The translations under genes were made by a program, and so were the position numbers. Shown here piece by piece: positions 28,860-37,846 of a stretch of 64,000 nucleotides of DNA; the first letter of the stretch is position 1, and every line of letters begins with the position of its first letter. The notes beneath the pieces are model-generated. The model was not told where the DNA came from and did no database searches. It worked only from the letters and a program-made list of their open reading frames with translations. Where the stretch lies: positions 259,016-323,015 of the forward strand of contig JAKLFF010000001.1 of assembly GCA_022711335.1 (NCBI GenBank). The letters run 5' to 3'. Origin of the DNA: Patescibacteria group bacterium. GTDB taxonomy: Bacteria > Patescibacteriota > Minisyncoccia > Moranbacterales > UBA2206.

Positions 28860-31088
28860 ATGAAAAAAAAACAGCTGGAAAAAAGGAAAAATGAAAAGGA
28901 GATTCTCCCGAAAAAAGCCTTAAAAAAACCAAAAAGAAGCGTTTTTTGGGTCATTTTTCATATTTTTTTCGATTTATTCGTATTGCTTTTTGTTGTTGCT
29001 GCAGGAGTAGGAATTTATGCGTTCCTCAAGACCCCCTCTGTCTCCACATTGACGTCCTCTTCTGAAATTTCCCAAACTTCAATTATTTATGACCGAACCG
29101 GCGAACATGTTCTTTACGAAATTCATGGGGAAGAAAACCGAAAAATAATTGCTCACAAAGAAATTCCGAATATTGTCAGAAGGGCCACAATTGCCGCCGA
29201 GGACAACAATTTCTATTCCCACAAAGGAGTTGATATCAAAGCAATCATTCGATCCCTGAAAGCTGATGTTTCTTCAAGCGAAATTCAACAGGGAGGATCG
29301 ACTATTACCCAACAATTGGCTCGAAATATTTTTTTAACGCGAGAAAAAACATTTAAGCGAAAAATCCTTGAAGCTATCCTGGCTTTCAAAATAGAAGGGG
29401 CTTATTCCAAAGATGAAATATTGGATATGTACCTTAATACTATCCCCTATGGATCTAACGCGTACGGGATACAATCGGCTGCGGAAACTTTTTTCGGAAA
29501 AAATGCCAACGATCTCGCATTGGACGAAGCTGCGCTTATTTCCGCCCTTCCCAATGCCACCACTTTTTATTCTCCCCATGGAAATCATCTTGACGAATTA
29601 AACCGGAGAAAAAATAAGATTTTAGGGCAAATGGCTGAACTTGGCATGATCAGCTCCGATGAAAAAGAAAAAGCCAAAGAGCAGGATACTCTTTCAAAAA
29701 TCATTCCTTTCAAGCAGTCCATCGACTGTCCTCACTTCGTTTTTTATGTGAAGGAACAGCTGGAAAAACAGTATGGACAGGATATGCTGGAAAAAGGAGG
29801 CTTCAAAGTTTATACGACGCTGGATTATGATTTTCAAAAAAACGCCGAGCAAATAATACGAAAAAACATTGAGGCTGCCGAAAAAAAATACAGCGCGACT
29901 AACGCCGCTTTGGTTTCAATAGATCCAAAAACCGGACAGATTCTCGCAATGGTTGGAAGCAAGGATTACTTTGACAAATCAATCGACGGCCAGGTCAATG
30001 TTGCCATCAGCCCCCGCCAGCCTGGATCATCTTTCAAGCCTTTTGCCTATGCAGCCGCTTTTGAAAAAGGCTATCAGCCGGAGAATGTGCTTTATGATGT
30101 TCCAACAAATTTCGGTCCGGACGGTTCGGGCCAGGATTATAAGCCAAATAATTATGATGGATCTTTCCATGGTCCGGTTACTATGCGCCAGGCTCTTTCC
30201 AATTCCCTAAATATTCCTGCCGTAAAAACGCTTTATCTGGCCGGAATTGATGACACGATCGATTTGGCTCATCGCTTGGGAATAACCACTCTTAATGAAA
30301 AAAACAGGTACGGATTGGCTCTGGTTTTAGGAGGAGGAGAAGTCACGCTTCTTGACGAAACTGCCAGTTTTTCCGTTTTTGGAAATGATGGAAAGAAAAA
30401 TACCGCCACAGGAATTTTGAATATTATCGGAAGCGACGGAAACGTTTTTTATGAATCGAGCCCCCAAAATACCCAGACAATCCACCAGGAAATTGCCAGA
30501 AAAATAAACTCCGTCCTTTCTGATAACTCCGCCCGCTCGATGGTTTTTGGAACCGGAAGCAAACTCTATATTCCCGGCCGCCAGGTTGCCGCCAAAACCG
30601 GAACTACCCAGGAATTCCATGACGCTTGGACCGTTGGATACACCCCTTATATTGCCACGGGAGTTTGGGTGGGAAACAACAATAATGAAGCCATGGATTC
30701 GGGCGCTGACGGATCTTATGTTGCCGCTCCGATTTGGAACGATTTTATGGCCGAAGCGCTCAAAAAATTTCCCAACGAAAAATTTCCAGATTATGATAAA
30801 ACTGCGTCTTATGCGCTTCAAAAAGGCGGCATGCCGGAAACAAAATATTATCGAAAAAGCAGCGGAAAAGAAATTTCCGCCGAAAAAGCCGCTAAATCCG
30901 ACCGGGATAAAATTGAAGCCAAAATATTTTTTCCGGAAAACTTTTCTGCAACAACCGGCATTCCGCTGGTTGTAGAAATGCAAAGCACCACTGATCCCAT
31001 GATTCTCCGCTGGCGCGAAACCATTTCTAATCCGGATATCTTATCCGCCATTAACCAGCAAAATTCCAATCAGGACAAAAATGACTGA
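28860..31088 (+). CDS. Class A penicillin-binding protein (bifunctional glycosyltransferase GT51 / transpeptidase), PBP1A-type
   Basis: RATIAAEDNNFYSHKGVD (GT51), SSFKPF (SxxK), SLN, KTGT motifs; ORF-track start 28836 is probably TTG, first ATG at 28860. Confidence 0.9.
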   Translation: MKKKQLEKRKNEKEILPKKALKKPKRSVFWVIFHIFFDLFVLLFVVAAGVGIYAFLKTPSVSTLTSSSEISQTSIIYDRTGEHVLYEIHGEENRKIIAHKEIPNIVRRATIAAEDNNFYSHKGVDIKAIIRSLKADVSSSEIQQGGSTITQQLARNIFLTREKTFKRKILEAILAFKIEGAYSKDEILDMYLNTIPYGSNAYGIQSAAETFFGKNANDLALDEAALISALPNATTFYSPHGNHLDELNRRKNKILGQMAELGMISSDEKEKAKEQDTLSKIIPFKQSIDCPHFVFYVKEQLEKQYGQDMLEKGGFKVYTTLDYDFQKNAEQIIRKNIEAAEKKYSATNAALVSIDPKTGQILAMVGSKDYFDKSIDGQVNVAISPRQPGSSFKPFAYAAAFEKGYQPENVLYDVPTNFGPDGSGQDYKPNNYDGSFHGPVTMRQALSNSLNIPAVKTLYLAGIDDTIDLAHRLGITTLNEKNRYGLALVLGGGEVTLLDETASFSVFGNDGKKNTATGILNIIGSDGNVFYESSPQNTQTIHQEIARKINSVLSDNSARSMVFGTGSKLYIPGRQVAAKTGTTQEFHDAWTVGYTPYIATGVWVGNNNNEAMDSGADGSYVAAPIWNDFMAEALKKFPNEKFPDYDKTASYALQKGGMPETKYYRKSSGKEISAEKAAKSDRDKIEAKIFFPENFSATTGIPLVVEMQSTTDPMILRWRETISNPDILSAINQQNSNQDKND

Positions 31089-31107
31089 AACTTTAATTTA
31101 TTTTTAA

Positions 31108-31137
31108 AAAGCCGCGCGGTTTTTTCGGCGGCTTTTG
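31108..31137. terminator. Bidirectional intrinsic terminator between PBP gene and DUF45 gene
   Basis: aaaaagccgcgcggttttttcggcggctttt hairpin with flanking A/T runs. Confidence 0.5.
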
Positions 31138-31145
31138 TTTAGTTG

Positions 31146-31700
31146 CTACATTTTCCTCATCTTCCTTCTCATCTCCCTATAATCCGGAACAGTCTTTTCC
31201 ACCAAACTCCAGAACCTTTTTGAATGGTTCATTTCGCCAAGATGGCAAAGTTCGTGGACGATTATGTAATTTAACAGATCTTCTGGAAGAAATATAATTT
31301 TGTAGTTGAAGTTAAGATTTTTCTTTTCGGAACAGCTCCCCCATCGAGAACAACAATTGCGCACAGAAATTTTATTATAACTGAATCCATAATATTTATT
31401 GAGTTCTTCGATTTTTCTTTCTGCCAGAATAAGCGCCTGGTTTTTTAATTTTTTATATTCTCTTCTGCTGAAATTATGAAACACGGGATTGAAATCCTTT
31501 TTTTCCATTATCTTTATCTTCTCCAGAATCCATTCGGACTTTTCTAAAATAAAATTCTCCATCTTCTCAACTGAGAATCCCTTGGGCATGGTAACCGCTA
31601 TTTTTCCGCCATAAAAAACCGAGAGCCGCACTCTCGACGCCCTCCTGCTTTCCTTCAGCTCGTAATTTATTTCCTCGCCTTTTAGGTTTATTTTACGCAT
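31146..31700 (-). CDS. YgjP-like metal-dependent hydrolase (DUF45 / M48-like HExxH)
   Basis: IIVHELCHLGEMNHSKRFWSLVEK motif. Confidence 0.7.
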   Translation of the reverse strand: MRKINLKGEEINYELKESRRASRVRLSVFYGGKIAVTMPKGFSVEKMENFILEKSEWILEKIKIMEKKDFNPVFHNFSRREYKKLKNQALILAERKIEELNKYYGFSYNKISVRNCCSRWGSCSEKKNLNFNYKIIFLPEDLLNYIIVHELCHLGEMNHSKRFWSLVEKTVPDYREMRRKMRKM

Positions 31701-31734
31701 AATTCTTTTAAACTATAGCATATTTAAAGTAAAC

Positions 31735-31836
31735 CCCGCACCCACGGGCGACCACCACGGGCATTGGGGCAATTCGCTTCGCGCTTGAAACCATTCATCT
31801 CCGAGTTTACACTCGGAGCATTCTGGGTGCGGGGTA
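31735..31836. ncRNA. Candidate structured ncRNA or leader (GC-rich, 10-bp closing stem CCCCGCACCC/GGGUGCGGGG, internal hairpins), family unknown
   Basis: ~100-nt GC-rich island in AT-rich DNA, closed by a perfect 10-bp stem; internal CUCCGAG-uuuaca-CUCGGAG hairpin; followed by strong terminator at 31854-31881. No match to tRNA/SRP/RNase P consensus recognised. Confidence 0.25.
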
Positions 31837-31850
31837 AAATTACATGAACA

Positions 31851-31881
31851 AAACCACCCCGCCAAGGCGGGGTGGTTTTTT
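31851..31881. terminator. Bidirectional intrinsic terminator (aaaaccaccccgcc-aagg-cggggtggtttttt)
   Basis: 10-bp GC stem with A-run upstream and T-run downstream; serves hup (minus) and the upstream element (plus). Confidence 0.7.
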
Positions 31882-31899
31882 AAAATATTGCAAAAGCTA

Positions 31900-32181
31900 T
31901 TACAGTACGGCTTCTTTAGCAGCTTTAGCCAAGCGAAATTTGGCCACAGTTTTGGCCGCAATCTTGATTTTTTCTCCGGTAGCCGGGTTAACTCCCATTC
32001 TGGCTTTTCGATTGACTTTCACCATTTTTCCAAAACCTGGAAGAACGAACTGCCCGTTTTTCTTTACTTCTGAATAAGCCAGCGCTGCCAGCTCATCCAT
32101 GAAAGCTGCAACGTCCTTTTTTGCCAGGCCGGTTTTTTCCGCCAAAGCAGACAAGGTTTGCGTCTTTGTCATTTTCGCCAT
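31900..32181 (-). CDS. hup: DNA-binding protein HU
   Basis: 93 aa: ...FGKMVKVNRKARMGVNPATGEKIKIAAKTVAKF... canonical HU/IHF arm. Confidence 0.9.
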   Translation of the reverse strand: MAKMTKTQTLSALAEKTGLAKKDVAAFMDELAALAYSEVKKNGQFVLPGFGKMVKVNRKARMGVNPATGEKIKIAAKTVAKFRLAKAAKEAVL

Positions 32182-32287
32182 GTTGTTTTTTTGTCCCGCG
32201 AAGCGGGATAAATTAATTATTTATTCCCCTATTTTTTAGATTATACCATTATTACTGGATTTTACGCAACCTCTCTTTGAAGTGGAA

Positions 32288-32524
32288 TTACCATCTGCCT
32301 CCGCTTCCTCCGCCGCCGCCTGAACCGGAAGGTGCAGAGGTATTGAAAGTGATGCTTGAAGATAAGCTATCTATTGCGCTGGCAAAACTATCGGCATCAA
32401 ACGCTGCAACATTCCCGGCATACCAGAAATGAGTTTCTTTGATTGTTATTATTTTTTTCGTTGCCAGATTTATTATTTCTGCCGTTATAAAATTATTAGA
32501 AAAAGAACCGTTTTTCATGAGCAT
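32288..32524 (-). CDS. Hypothetical small protein with C-terminal Gly-rich tail (GSGGGGGSGGRW)
   Basis: 78-aa ORF; weak coding evidence. Confidence 0.2.
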   Translation of the reverse strand: MLMKNGSFSNNFITAEIINLATKKIITIKETHFWYAGNVAAFDADSFASAIDSLSSSITFNTSAPSGSGGGGGSGGRW

Positions 32525-32580
32525 TCCAAAGTTGTTATCCCCTGGCGCATTCCAAGCGTTTTCGTCAAATCAACCTCCAA

Positions 32581-32612
32581 AACAAAAACCAGACCCGGCT
32601 GGCCGGATCTGG
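32581..32612 (-). terminator. Intrinsic terminator downstream of cupin gene
   Basis: ccagacccggc-tg-gccggatctgg hairpin; minus strand T-run. Confidence 0.5.
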
Positions 32613-32633
32613 AAGAACATCTTAACATCTATA

Positions 32634-33032
32634 TTATTCAGTTGTTATACCATCAAATTCCGCTTCGTTAGCTTCCGCTTCTGCTTTGGTGGCTCTTACA
32701 ATTCCGTCCTTATGATGCGCCGGGGAGTAGATGGTATAAAGTTTAAGCTCATCTGTTTCGGAAACATTAATTATATTGTGCTGCGCCCCGGCTGGAACAA
32801 CTATGGCCGCGCCGTCTCCGACTGCGTATTCATTGCCGTCAATCAGGCATTTTCCCTCTCCTTTTTCAAAGCGGAAAAACTGGTCGTTGTCCGGATGGAC
32901 TTCCATGCCAATTTCTTCTTTCGGCAAAAGGCTCATAAGCACCAGCTGGCTGTGCTTCCCGGTGTAGAGAACCTTACGAAAATTTCTGTTTTCCAAAGTT
33001 TCTTTTTCGATGTTCGCGTTAAACCCTTTCAT
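32634..33032 (-). CDS. Cupin-domain protein
   Basis: 132 aa with two-His cupin motifs (GMEVHPDNDQFF ... GAAIVVPAGAQHNI). Confidence 0.7.
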   Translation of the reverse strand: MKGFNANIEKETLENRNFRKVLYTGKHSQLVLMSLLPKEEIGMEVHPDNDQFFRFEKGEGKCLIDGNEYAVGDGAAIVVPAGAQHNIINVSETDELKLYTIYSPAHHKDGIVRATKAEAEANEAEFDGITTE

Positions 33033-33104
33033 ATTTTTAAAGTTAGATTAATTAACCATCTGATGAGCCTTGCTATCTAATACTGCCAAAATATTTTTAT
33101 ATTT

Positions 33105-33764
33105 CTATTGAAATGTCATCCGTTTGTAGACTTCCCGCGTCGCCTCCACATCTCTTTTGCAATACTCGCAGATGTCATTTATTTTTCCTTTTTTATAAAA
33201 TTCGTAAACCTGAGAACCGTCGATTCCGTCTTTAGGCGTCGGGATTCCGAGAGCCAGCGCAATGTGTTCAAGGCCGATATTAGCATTGGCCCATTTGGTC
33301 CATTCTTTCATCGTGTCATAAATCGGATAATCCCGATATCTCGCAAAATTCAAATTATAAGCCGGCTTTACCTTATTGACTATCGAACGCTGGTAGATAA
33401 ATCGCAAATCAAAATCAATAACGTTATGCCCGATAAATTGGACTCCATAATCCGGCCATTGGAGATTTTTTGCCGGAATGCTTATCGACTCGACAATTTT
33501 CCAAAATTCCTGAAGCATTTTCGCTTCATCTTTGTCGCCATTGAGACATTCCACCGGCTTATCATCAATCGCATATGCGATACAAAGAATCCGGCCAAAG
33601 GATCCGTCAAAAGACGTGCCTAAAAGATATTGTTCGAAATCGCCTGGTTCTTCGCAACACTCTTTTTTCTTTTTAGCTTTTCTTTTATCAAATAAAATCC
33701 GGAGCGCTCCATGATTTGCTTCTTCTGCCGGCAAAGTTTCAATATCGAGACAAAGTCTGTGCAT
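33105..33764 (-). CDS. DEDDy-type 3'-5' exonuclease (RNase H-like, PolB-exonuclease-like)
   Basis: Exo I LCLDIETLP, Exo II HNVIDFDLRF, Exo III YCKRDVEAT. Confidence 0.65.
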   Translation of the reverse strand: MHRLCLDIETLPAEEANHGALRILFDKRKAKKKKECCEEPGDFEQYLLGTSFDGSFGRILCIAYAIDDKPVECLNGDKDEAKMLQEFWKIVESISIPAKNLQWPDYGVQFIGHNVIDFDLRFIYQRSIVNKVKPAYNLNFARYRDYPIYDTMKEWTKWANANIGLEHIALALGIPTPKDGIDGSQVYEFYKKGKINDICEYCKRDVEATREVYKRMTFQ

Positions 33765-33890
33765 AGTTTTGTTTTTAGAAATTATTTGGATTCTTATTAT
33801 ATTATAACCGTTCCCAAAAATAAAAACCAGCCCGAAATAAATAATTTTACATGGACGAAAGCCAAAAAATAGGCTAAACTTGGAAGAGCT

Positions 33891-34373
33891 ATGGAAAATT
33901 CACAGGAAAAAAAATCACAAAAAAATAATCCGCGGCTGGAAGATTTGGCGCTCGGAACCACCCGCTATATCGGATCGTCTCTTTCGCTCGTTCTTCATTC
34001 TATTTTATTTGTAGGGATTTTCGCGTTGCAGTGGCTGGATTTCAGTTTTGATAAGATAATGCTAATCCTTACGACTGCCGTGTCGCTCGAAGCTATCTAT
34101 CTTTCCATTTTCATTCAGATGACTGTCAACCACCAAGGGCACACGCTGGCCGAAGTCAGCGAAGACGTGGATGATATTTCTGAAGATGTCGAGGAAATTT
34201 CCAAAGATATCGATGATATCCAGGAAGATGTGGAAGATCTCGGCGAGGAGATAGAAAAGGGAGACGAGGAATTGGCCCTGAAACATCAGACCGGGCAGGA
34301 AAAAGTTATTCATATCGAAAGTATTCTCAAAGAACTTCTCCAGGAAGTGCGGGAACTTAGGGACAAAAAATAG
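33891..34373 (+). CDS. DUF1003-like membrane protein with C-terminal acidic tandem repeats (EDVDDIS/EDVEEIS/KDIDDIQ/EDVEDLG)
   Basis: GSSLSLVLHSILFVGIFALQW...MLILTTAVSLEAIYLSIFIQMTVNHQ matches DUF1003 core. Confidence 0.5.
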   Translation: MENSQEKKSQKNNPRLEDLALGTTRYIGSSLSLVLHSILFVGIFALQWLDFSFDKIMLILTTAVSLEAIYLSIFIQMTVNHQGHTLAEVSEDVDDISEDVEEISKDIDDIQEDVEDLGEEIEKGDEELALKHQTGQEKVIHIESILKELLQEVRELRDKK

Positions 34374-34408
34374 CAGCGTTAGAAAACGCTGCCAAAGATA
34401 TCAGAGGT

Positions 34409-34436
34409 TAGCCGAAAAAACCGGCTATTTTTATTT
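34409..34436. terminator. Intrinsic terminator between convergent genes (agccg-aaaaaac-cggct + T-run)
   Basis: Hairpin followed by ATTTTTATTTT; preceded by second hairpin cagcgtt-agaaa-acgctg. Confidence 0.45.
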
Positions 34437-35162
34437 TGTTAAACCAATCATTCCTATCCCTTTCAAGAATCCTTCAAGTTCTTCGCCTTCAATTTTTCTG
34501 TATTGTCCCGGCCTTAGGCTTTCCAACTTTATGTTCATAATCCGCACTCTTTTTAAGCTTTTGACTATCCGGCCGAGTTTTTCACACATTTTTCTTATCT
34601 GGCGCTTTTTGCCTTCCGTAAGAACGATTGAAAATATGCATTTGTCTAATTTTTTGACCTTGCACTTCCGAGTTTTGTATTTTCCGTCAATTTCCATTCC
34701 GCCTGCCATTTTTTCCAAAAATGACGGCGTAATTTTTGGGTCCACCTGAACCGCATATTCTTTTTCGTGATAATAGTCCGGATTAAGCATGCGATCGGTG
34801 ATCCGTCCGTCATTTGTAAGAATGATGAGCCCGCAAGAATCCTTATCCAGCCGTCCGACTGGAAAAACTCTAACAGGAAAATTAAGGATATTTGCAATCC
34901 CTTTTTCGCCCGCTTGAGGGCTATGCGTCGCTATGCCCTCTGGTTTGTTATAAGCTAAATAAACGAAATTTTTCTTCCGCACCGAATCTTCACTGACTCT
35001 AATCTCATCTTCAATCTTAACTTTATCTCCTAAAACCGCTTTTCTCCCGTTGATTGTGACTTTTCCGGACGCAACAAGCGCGTCCGCTTCCCGGCGCGTG
35101 CAAATTTGCTTTTTCGCCAAATAGCGGTTAATCCTCATAGGAAAAGATATTTTTTCTTCCAT
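34431..35162 (-). CDS. rRNA pseudouridine synthase (RsuA/RluB family, S4 domain + GRLDKDSCGLIILTNDG)
   Basis: S4 RNA-binding N-terminus and catalytic Asp motif; ORF-track upstream extension overlaps alkD-like gene, internal Met preferred. Confidence 0.85.
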   Translation of the reverse strand: MEEKISFPMRINRYLAKKQICTRREADALVASGKVTINGRKAVLGDKVKIEDEIRVSEDSVRKKNFVYLAYNKPEGIATHSPQAGEKGIANILNFPVRVFPVGRLDKDSCGLIILTNDGRITDRMLNPDYYHEKEYAVQVDPKITPSFLEKMAGGMEIDGKYKTRKCKVKKLDKCIFSIVLTEGKKRQIRKMCEKLGRIVKSLKRVRIMNIKLESLRPGQYRKIEGEELEGFLKGIGMIGLTK

Positions 35163-35178
35163 AACATTTTTTTCAAAA

Positions 35179-35886
35179 TTATTTTGCCATTGCCTTAGCT
35201 TTGAGCTCGCGCGGCATTTTTTCAATTGCGTAGCGCAGCGCTGTTCGGGGCATTCTTTTTTTATTTTTCATAATATAATCAAATACTTGTTTCTGGTGCG
35301 CCTGGCTGGCCACTTTCAGCATCCAGCCGTAGCCTTTCTGCACCATGTCGTCTTTGTCTAAAAGCAGGGCGTCGGCAATTTGAAAAATATCTTTCAGAAA
35401 CTTTCCGCGCTTTCCCGGAACAATGAGAGAAACAGCCGCTGCCCGGCGCATCCAGCGATTTTTTGACTGCGTCCATTTTTTGAGATTTTCGAGATATTCC
35501 GGATACATTTCGACAAATTCTCCGACTGTATGATTGCAAAATGTATCGCATGCCGCCCAATTGCTAACATAGCAACCCACCCATTTTTCAAATATTTTGA
35601 AATCTTCCGTCTTGTAATCCTTGCAGACCGAGTATGACCAATTGCAAGCGACAAAGGATTCTTCCATGTAGCCGGATTGCCACAGCTTCTCACATAGATC
35701 AAAAATATCTTTCTTGCTTTTATTTCTAATTTCCCTGAAATATTCTTTTCCGATCTTGCTCACTGTCGCCGTCTTCACACCATATAGTTTTATCTTTTCT
35801 TTAAAAAACCTTTCTCCGCTTTCCCTTGTTTTTTTATCGGCGTTCTTTTTGAGATCGCGCCGTATTTTTTCAATAATACCGCTCAT
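35179..35886 (-). CDS. DNA alkylation repair protein (AlkD/AlkC-like HEAT-like repeat glycosylase)
   Basis: 235 aa; HEAT-like repeats with WxxxRRAAAVSL and GYGWMLK signature segments. Confidence 0.7.
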   Translation of the reverse strand: MSGIIEKIRRDLKKNADKKTRESGERFFKEKIKLYGVKTATVSKIGKEYFREIRNKSKKDIFDLCEKLWQSGYMEESFVACNWSYSVCKDYKTEDFKIFEKWVGCYVSNWAACDTFCNHTVGEFVEMYPEYLENLKKWTQSKNRWMRRAAAVSLIVPGKRGKFLKDIFQIADALLLDKDDMVQKGYGWMLKVASQAHQKQVFDYIMKNKKRMPRTALRYAIEKMPRELKAKAMAK

Positions 35887-35954
35887 AAATTATTTGAATT
35901 TTTAATGAAACTAAAAACACCCTATTTTCTCCGCTATTTTGGGAAAATATTATT

Positions 35955-36122
35955 TTAGCGTTGTGCCAGAGCGCTTACGGCCAAGCCGATGTAGTATGGC
36001 CAGAGCACAACCGCCAGCACGCCCTTCCAGAAAGCCAGATGCAGAAATCCGACCGTAAACAGCCATCCGGCAAACCAGGAAAACGCCGTGAAGCCGTGCT
36101 GTTCGACTTTAATTTTTTGCAT
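35955..36122 (-). CDS. Small (55 aa) hydrophobic membrane protein, locally GC-rich
   Basis: Manual translation MQKIKVEQHGFTAFSWFAGWLFTVGFLHLAFWKGVLAVVLWPYYIGLAVSALAQR; ~53% GC vs ~38% surroundings; below ORF-track length cutoff. Confidence 0.35.
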   Translation of the reverse strand: MQKIKVEQHGFTAFSWFAGWLFTVGFLHLAFWKGVLAVVLWPYYIGLAVSALAQR

Positions 36123-36153
36123 AGGATTTAAAAATTAGCTTATTATTTTAGCG

Positions 36154-36531
36154 TTATTTTTTCAAGCATCCGTACATCCAGCTGGTCGCATTTCCGTTTT
36201 TTACCCAGCGGATGGCTTTTTCAATCTCATACTGGCTGACGACTTCATTGAGCGGTTCTCTTCCTTCCGGCACTTTTCCGGCGTATATTTTTTGAAGCGC
36301 CGGCAAAGATTCCGGCTCCGCCATCTGCCCAAGCGCCCAGACAGCGTCGTTCTTTTCTTTGGGACTCGTTTTTTCATCTTCAAGCACGGCCACAAGCGCT
36401 TTTTGACAATTGCCAGAATATTTTTCTTTAGCTAAGCCGCAAGTTTTCCAGACAGTGTAGTAGAGAACAAAAGCTACGCTTACAATTGCTGCAATGGCCA
36501 TAACGACCAGGATGCTAATGATTTTTTTCAT
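36154..36531 (-). CDS. Membrane-anchored HEAT/PBS-lyase-like repeat protein
   Basis: 125 aa, N-terminal TM, then HEAT-like repeats (AVWALGQMAEPESLPALQKIY). Confidence 0.4.
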   Translation of the reverse strand: MKKIISILVVMAIAAIVSVAFVLYYTVWKTCGLAKEKYSGNCQKALVAVLEDEKTSPKEKNDAVWALGQMAEPESLPALQKIYAGKVPEGREPLNEVVSQYEIEKAIRWVKNGNATSWMYGCLKK

Positions 36532-36698
36532 TGGATTTTTTTAATTTTTATTAATTCATTTAATATTAATCCCGAATTTTGCATAAAAGTTTTTTTAAAA
36601 CTAATCGCAGGTTTTTTGGTCCCATTTTTCCGGATTGAATTTGGGACAGCAGATTTTTTCTTCGCTCATGTTGTTGATTTACTTATTAAAATTTAGCG

Positions 36699-37562
36699 TT
36701 AAATAATTTCAGTATCTATCCCAAAATCAATATCTTTTGCATAATCAACCTTGCCTTCGTGCTTGCCCATCGTATGCTCGGAAGACCTGGTTGTATATTC
36801 CAGAATGATTTTCTTTTTTTCTTCCACCGACAAAGCCTTGTTGTTCACAGCCGGCCCGCCGATGCATCCGCCGTCGCAGTTGAGCAGATCCAAAAACCGA
36901 AATTTCGACTGTCCGGCTTTGATGTCGTCGAACGCTTTTTTGATGTTGGCTACGCCGTCCGTAACCAGAATCTCTCCTTCTCCGAAAAGCTTACTAAGAT
37001 GGGAAGTGGAAGCCAATCCTCCGGAAATGGGATAAATTTTGGTGTATTCCCTGACAAAAGAATCGAAATAATAATCTTTTTTGAAATCATCTTCTTTAAT
37101 GTTTTCCGCGTCAAAAATTTGTTTCAGCTCCTGTAGCGTTATGACCGCGTCGATAAATTTTGGAAATTTCGGCGCTTCGATTTTTTCCTTGGCAAAACAA
37201 GGCGAGATGAAAACAACTTTATACTCCGCGTGGTGCTTTTTATAGATCATTGCCATCGCCACCATCGGAGAAACTATCGGCATCAGAAATTTCCTAAATT
37301 CCGGGTACTCAGTATCAATGAATGACACGACGGTCGGACAGGGAGAAGAAATGAAAAGTTTCTGCTCCGGATGTTTTTTTACATAATCGACATAAGCCCA
37401 GTTGACCATTCTGGCTCCATAAGTCAGTTCGGTGACTTTATCAAAGCCGAGATGGCGGAGCATGCCGATGATGTTGGGATACTTGAAATCCAAAACAAAG
37501 GTCGGCGCCAGCATGGCGATGGATTGGTTGTTTTTGATAAGTTTTACTTTTTCGTTTGTCAT
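36699..37562 (-). CDS. [FeFe]-hydrogenase H-cluster-domain-like protein (Fe_hyd_lg_C-like) with divergent cluster-binding motifs
   Basis: ISSPCPTVVSF (cf. L1 TSCCPxW), ISPCFAKEKIE (cf. L2 MPCxxKxxE), LDLLNCDGGCIGGP (cf. L3 ExMACxGGCxxG); 287 aa, no ferredoxin-like N-domain. Confidence 0.45.
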   Translation of the reverse strand: MTNEKVKLIKNNQSIAMLAPTFVLDFKYPNIIGMLRHLGFDKVTELTYGARMVNWAYVDYVKKHPEQKLFISSPCPTVVSFIDTEYPEFRKFLMPIVSPMVAMAMIYKKHHAEYKVVFISPCFAKEKIEAPKFPKFIDAVITLQELKQIFDAENIKEDDFKKDYYFDSFVREYTKIYPISGGLASTSHLSKLFGEGEILVTDGVANIKKAFDDIKAGQSKFRFLDLLNCDGGCIGGPAVNNKALSVEEKKKIILEYTTRSSEHTMGKHEGKVDYAKDIDFGIDTEII

Positions 37563-37792
37563 ATTAGTTTTTTTTTGTTTTTCAAATATTTATATATAAC
37601 GAGCGCCCCAAAAACAAAAGCAACAGCGCCCATGATTTGCCATTGCAACGATTTTCCAGTGATCGTCTGGCAATCAGCAAAACACAGTATCGGTTTTATA
37701 TGAACAAGATCAGAGCCTTGCAAAAACCATAACAAACCAAGAAGGGAAATTATAATTCCAAAAATGATGGCGATGATTTGTTTTTTATTCAT
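37559..37792 (-). CDS. Small two-TM membrane protein
   Basis: 77-aa hydrophobic ORF. Confidence 0.3.
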   Translation of the reverse strand: MNKKQIIAIIFGIIISLLGLLWFLQGSDLVHIKPILCFADCQTITGKSLQWQIMGAVAFVFGALVIYKYLKNKKKLI

Positions 37793-37846
37793 ACATATTG
37801 TTGATTTAATTTTTAAAATTTAGGGTTGGGTAATTTTGGCATTAAG

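Noticed and set aside
30327-30983. 218-aa minus-strand ORF and 30547..30975 plus ORF
   Set aside because: Overlap the PBP transpeptidase domain, which carries SxxK/SxN/KTG motifs in the annotated frame.
1470-31760. Shared 12-13-mer CCCAC(AC)GGGCGAC between the two GC-rich hairpin clusters as evidence of a repeat family
   Set aside because: In 64 kb, over one hundred chance 12-mer coincidences are expected. It is noted only as a weak hint under the ncRNA finding.
32439-33080. 213-aa plus-strand ORF; 33108..33623 plus ORF
   Set aside because: Antisense to the cupin and DEDDy exonuclease genes, respectively.
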